A stretch of DNA of 24,000 bases from Candidatus Bodocaedibacter vickermanii. GTDB taxonomy: Bacteria; Pseudomonadota; Alphaproteobacteria; UBA6184. The position numbers and the translations under genes were made by a program. The stretch covers positions 147,153 to 171,152 of the forward strand of contig NZ_CP054719.1 in the NCBI RefSeq assembly GCF_014896945.1, written 5' to 3'. The notes under the pieces are model-generated. The model worked only from the letters and a program-made list of their open reading frames with translations, searched no databases and was not told where the DNA came from. This document shows positions 23,337-24,000 of this stretch, piece after piece. Each line of letters starts with the position of its first letter. Position 1 is the first letter of the stretch.

Positions 23337-24000
23337 GTTGGTCGCTTCTTAACGAATACGGTATGGATGTACCCGGAGTCGTGTCATTTCGGTTGGAACA
23401 GTCCAAGGAAAAACCCGCAACCTTAACGTGGGAGTTGCCGACAACAAACGCTATTGCTGCATCAACTGTAAGCTTATGGCGAGAGGATGAATGTATCTTT
23501 AAAGGTCGCGTTTATGAACGTCCCACTCACATTCAAGATGGGTTAAGTACGTGGACAGCGATAGCACTGGATGATACGTTTCAAACTCAACGTTCAACCA
23601 TAATTTCAGAATTGAACAAAGATTTTAAATTGTCCGCAAATATCAAAGAGTGTGAAGGCGCTAACGCAGGGCATCTGCACATTGATCGGGTGACCCATTC
23701 TGTAAGTTGGGTTTCCGTAGATAAGCCGCTGACTGTCTGGGATACACAAGGATTACATGAACGAGACAGCCTTTATATTACGCCAATCGATCAGGCATTA
23801 AAGGGGCTTTCCGGGTCATTCAAATTGCAAAATAATCGTATGGAATCGGGCATGATGGATGTTGGATCCCATATTACTAGCAGGCTATTTCACGACATTG
23901 AAACATACTCTGGTGCAGCCCTTGAAGATCAATGGACAAAGATTGCCCATAAAGCCACGCATGCAGGGTATGATGTTCAACATGCAGAGTTATTGCCGAC
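23333..24000 (+). CDS. hypothetical phage-module protein, 5' part (open to the window end)
   Basis: ATGA overlap with the previous stop. My hand translation (MSWSLLNEYGMDVPGVVSFRLEQSKEKPATLTWELP...) shows no stop to position 24000. It is absent from the ORF track because it has no stop. Confidence 0.5.
   Translation, partial: MSWSLLNEYGMDVPGVVSFRLEQSKEKPATLTWELPTTNAIAASTVSLWREDECIFKGRVYERPTHIQDGLSTWTAIALDDTFQTQRSTIISELNKDFKLSANIKECEGANAGHLHIDRVTHSVSWVSVDKPLTVWDTQGLHERDSLYITPIDQALKGLSGSFKLQNNRMESGMMDVGSHITSRLFHDIETYSGAALEDQWTKIAHKATHAGYDVQHAELLP

Overview
No tools were used, and every coordinate and motif was read by eye. The window is a moderately AT-rich bacterial chromosome segment with alphaproteobacterium-like housekeeping synteny: fmt, ssb-gyrA, pepA-holC, a PhnP-like MBL hydrolase, and ybaB-recR-tatD. 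I found no rRNA, tRNA or CRISPR array. Three things stand out. (1) An RcGTA/HK97-like head-neck module (portal, prohead protease, major capsid, gp6-like connector, head-tail adaptor, DUF3168-like protein, then unrecognised structural ORFs) starts at about 14.98 kb with no terminase upstream. Almost every gene junction in it has been colonised. The largest insertion is a 3.4-kb AT-rich cassette of five small orphan proteins, each with a Sec-type signal peptide, sitting between the protease and capsid genes. A sixth secreted protein is encoded antisense between the connector and adaptor genes. (2) A translationally coupled rtcB-prfH pair (the release-factor-H-coupled RtcB family, a ribosome rescue and rRNA repair module) lies on the opposite strand between tatD and the MBL hydrolase, bordered by repeats. 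(3) A modular, RPE/MITE-like palindromic repeat family is built from 6-bp-stem, 3-nt-loop hairpins (GCAACG-TGC-CGTTGC and CCAGCG-TGA-CGCTGG). It fills most intergenic regions, about 1.9 kb by hand tally. It repeatedly overlaps gene 3' ends, supplying C-terminal residues and stop codons to holC, portal, the adaptor gene, an orphan gene and a mini-ORF. The repeats, the orphan secreted proteins and the scattered GTA genes suggest an intracellular or host-associated alphaproteobacterium. That is an inference only.
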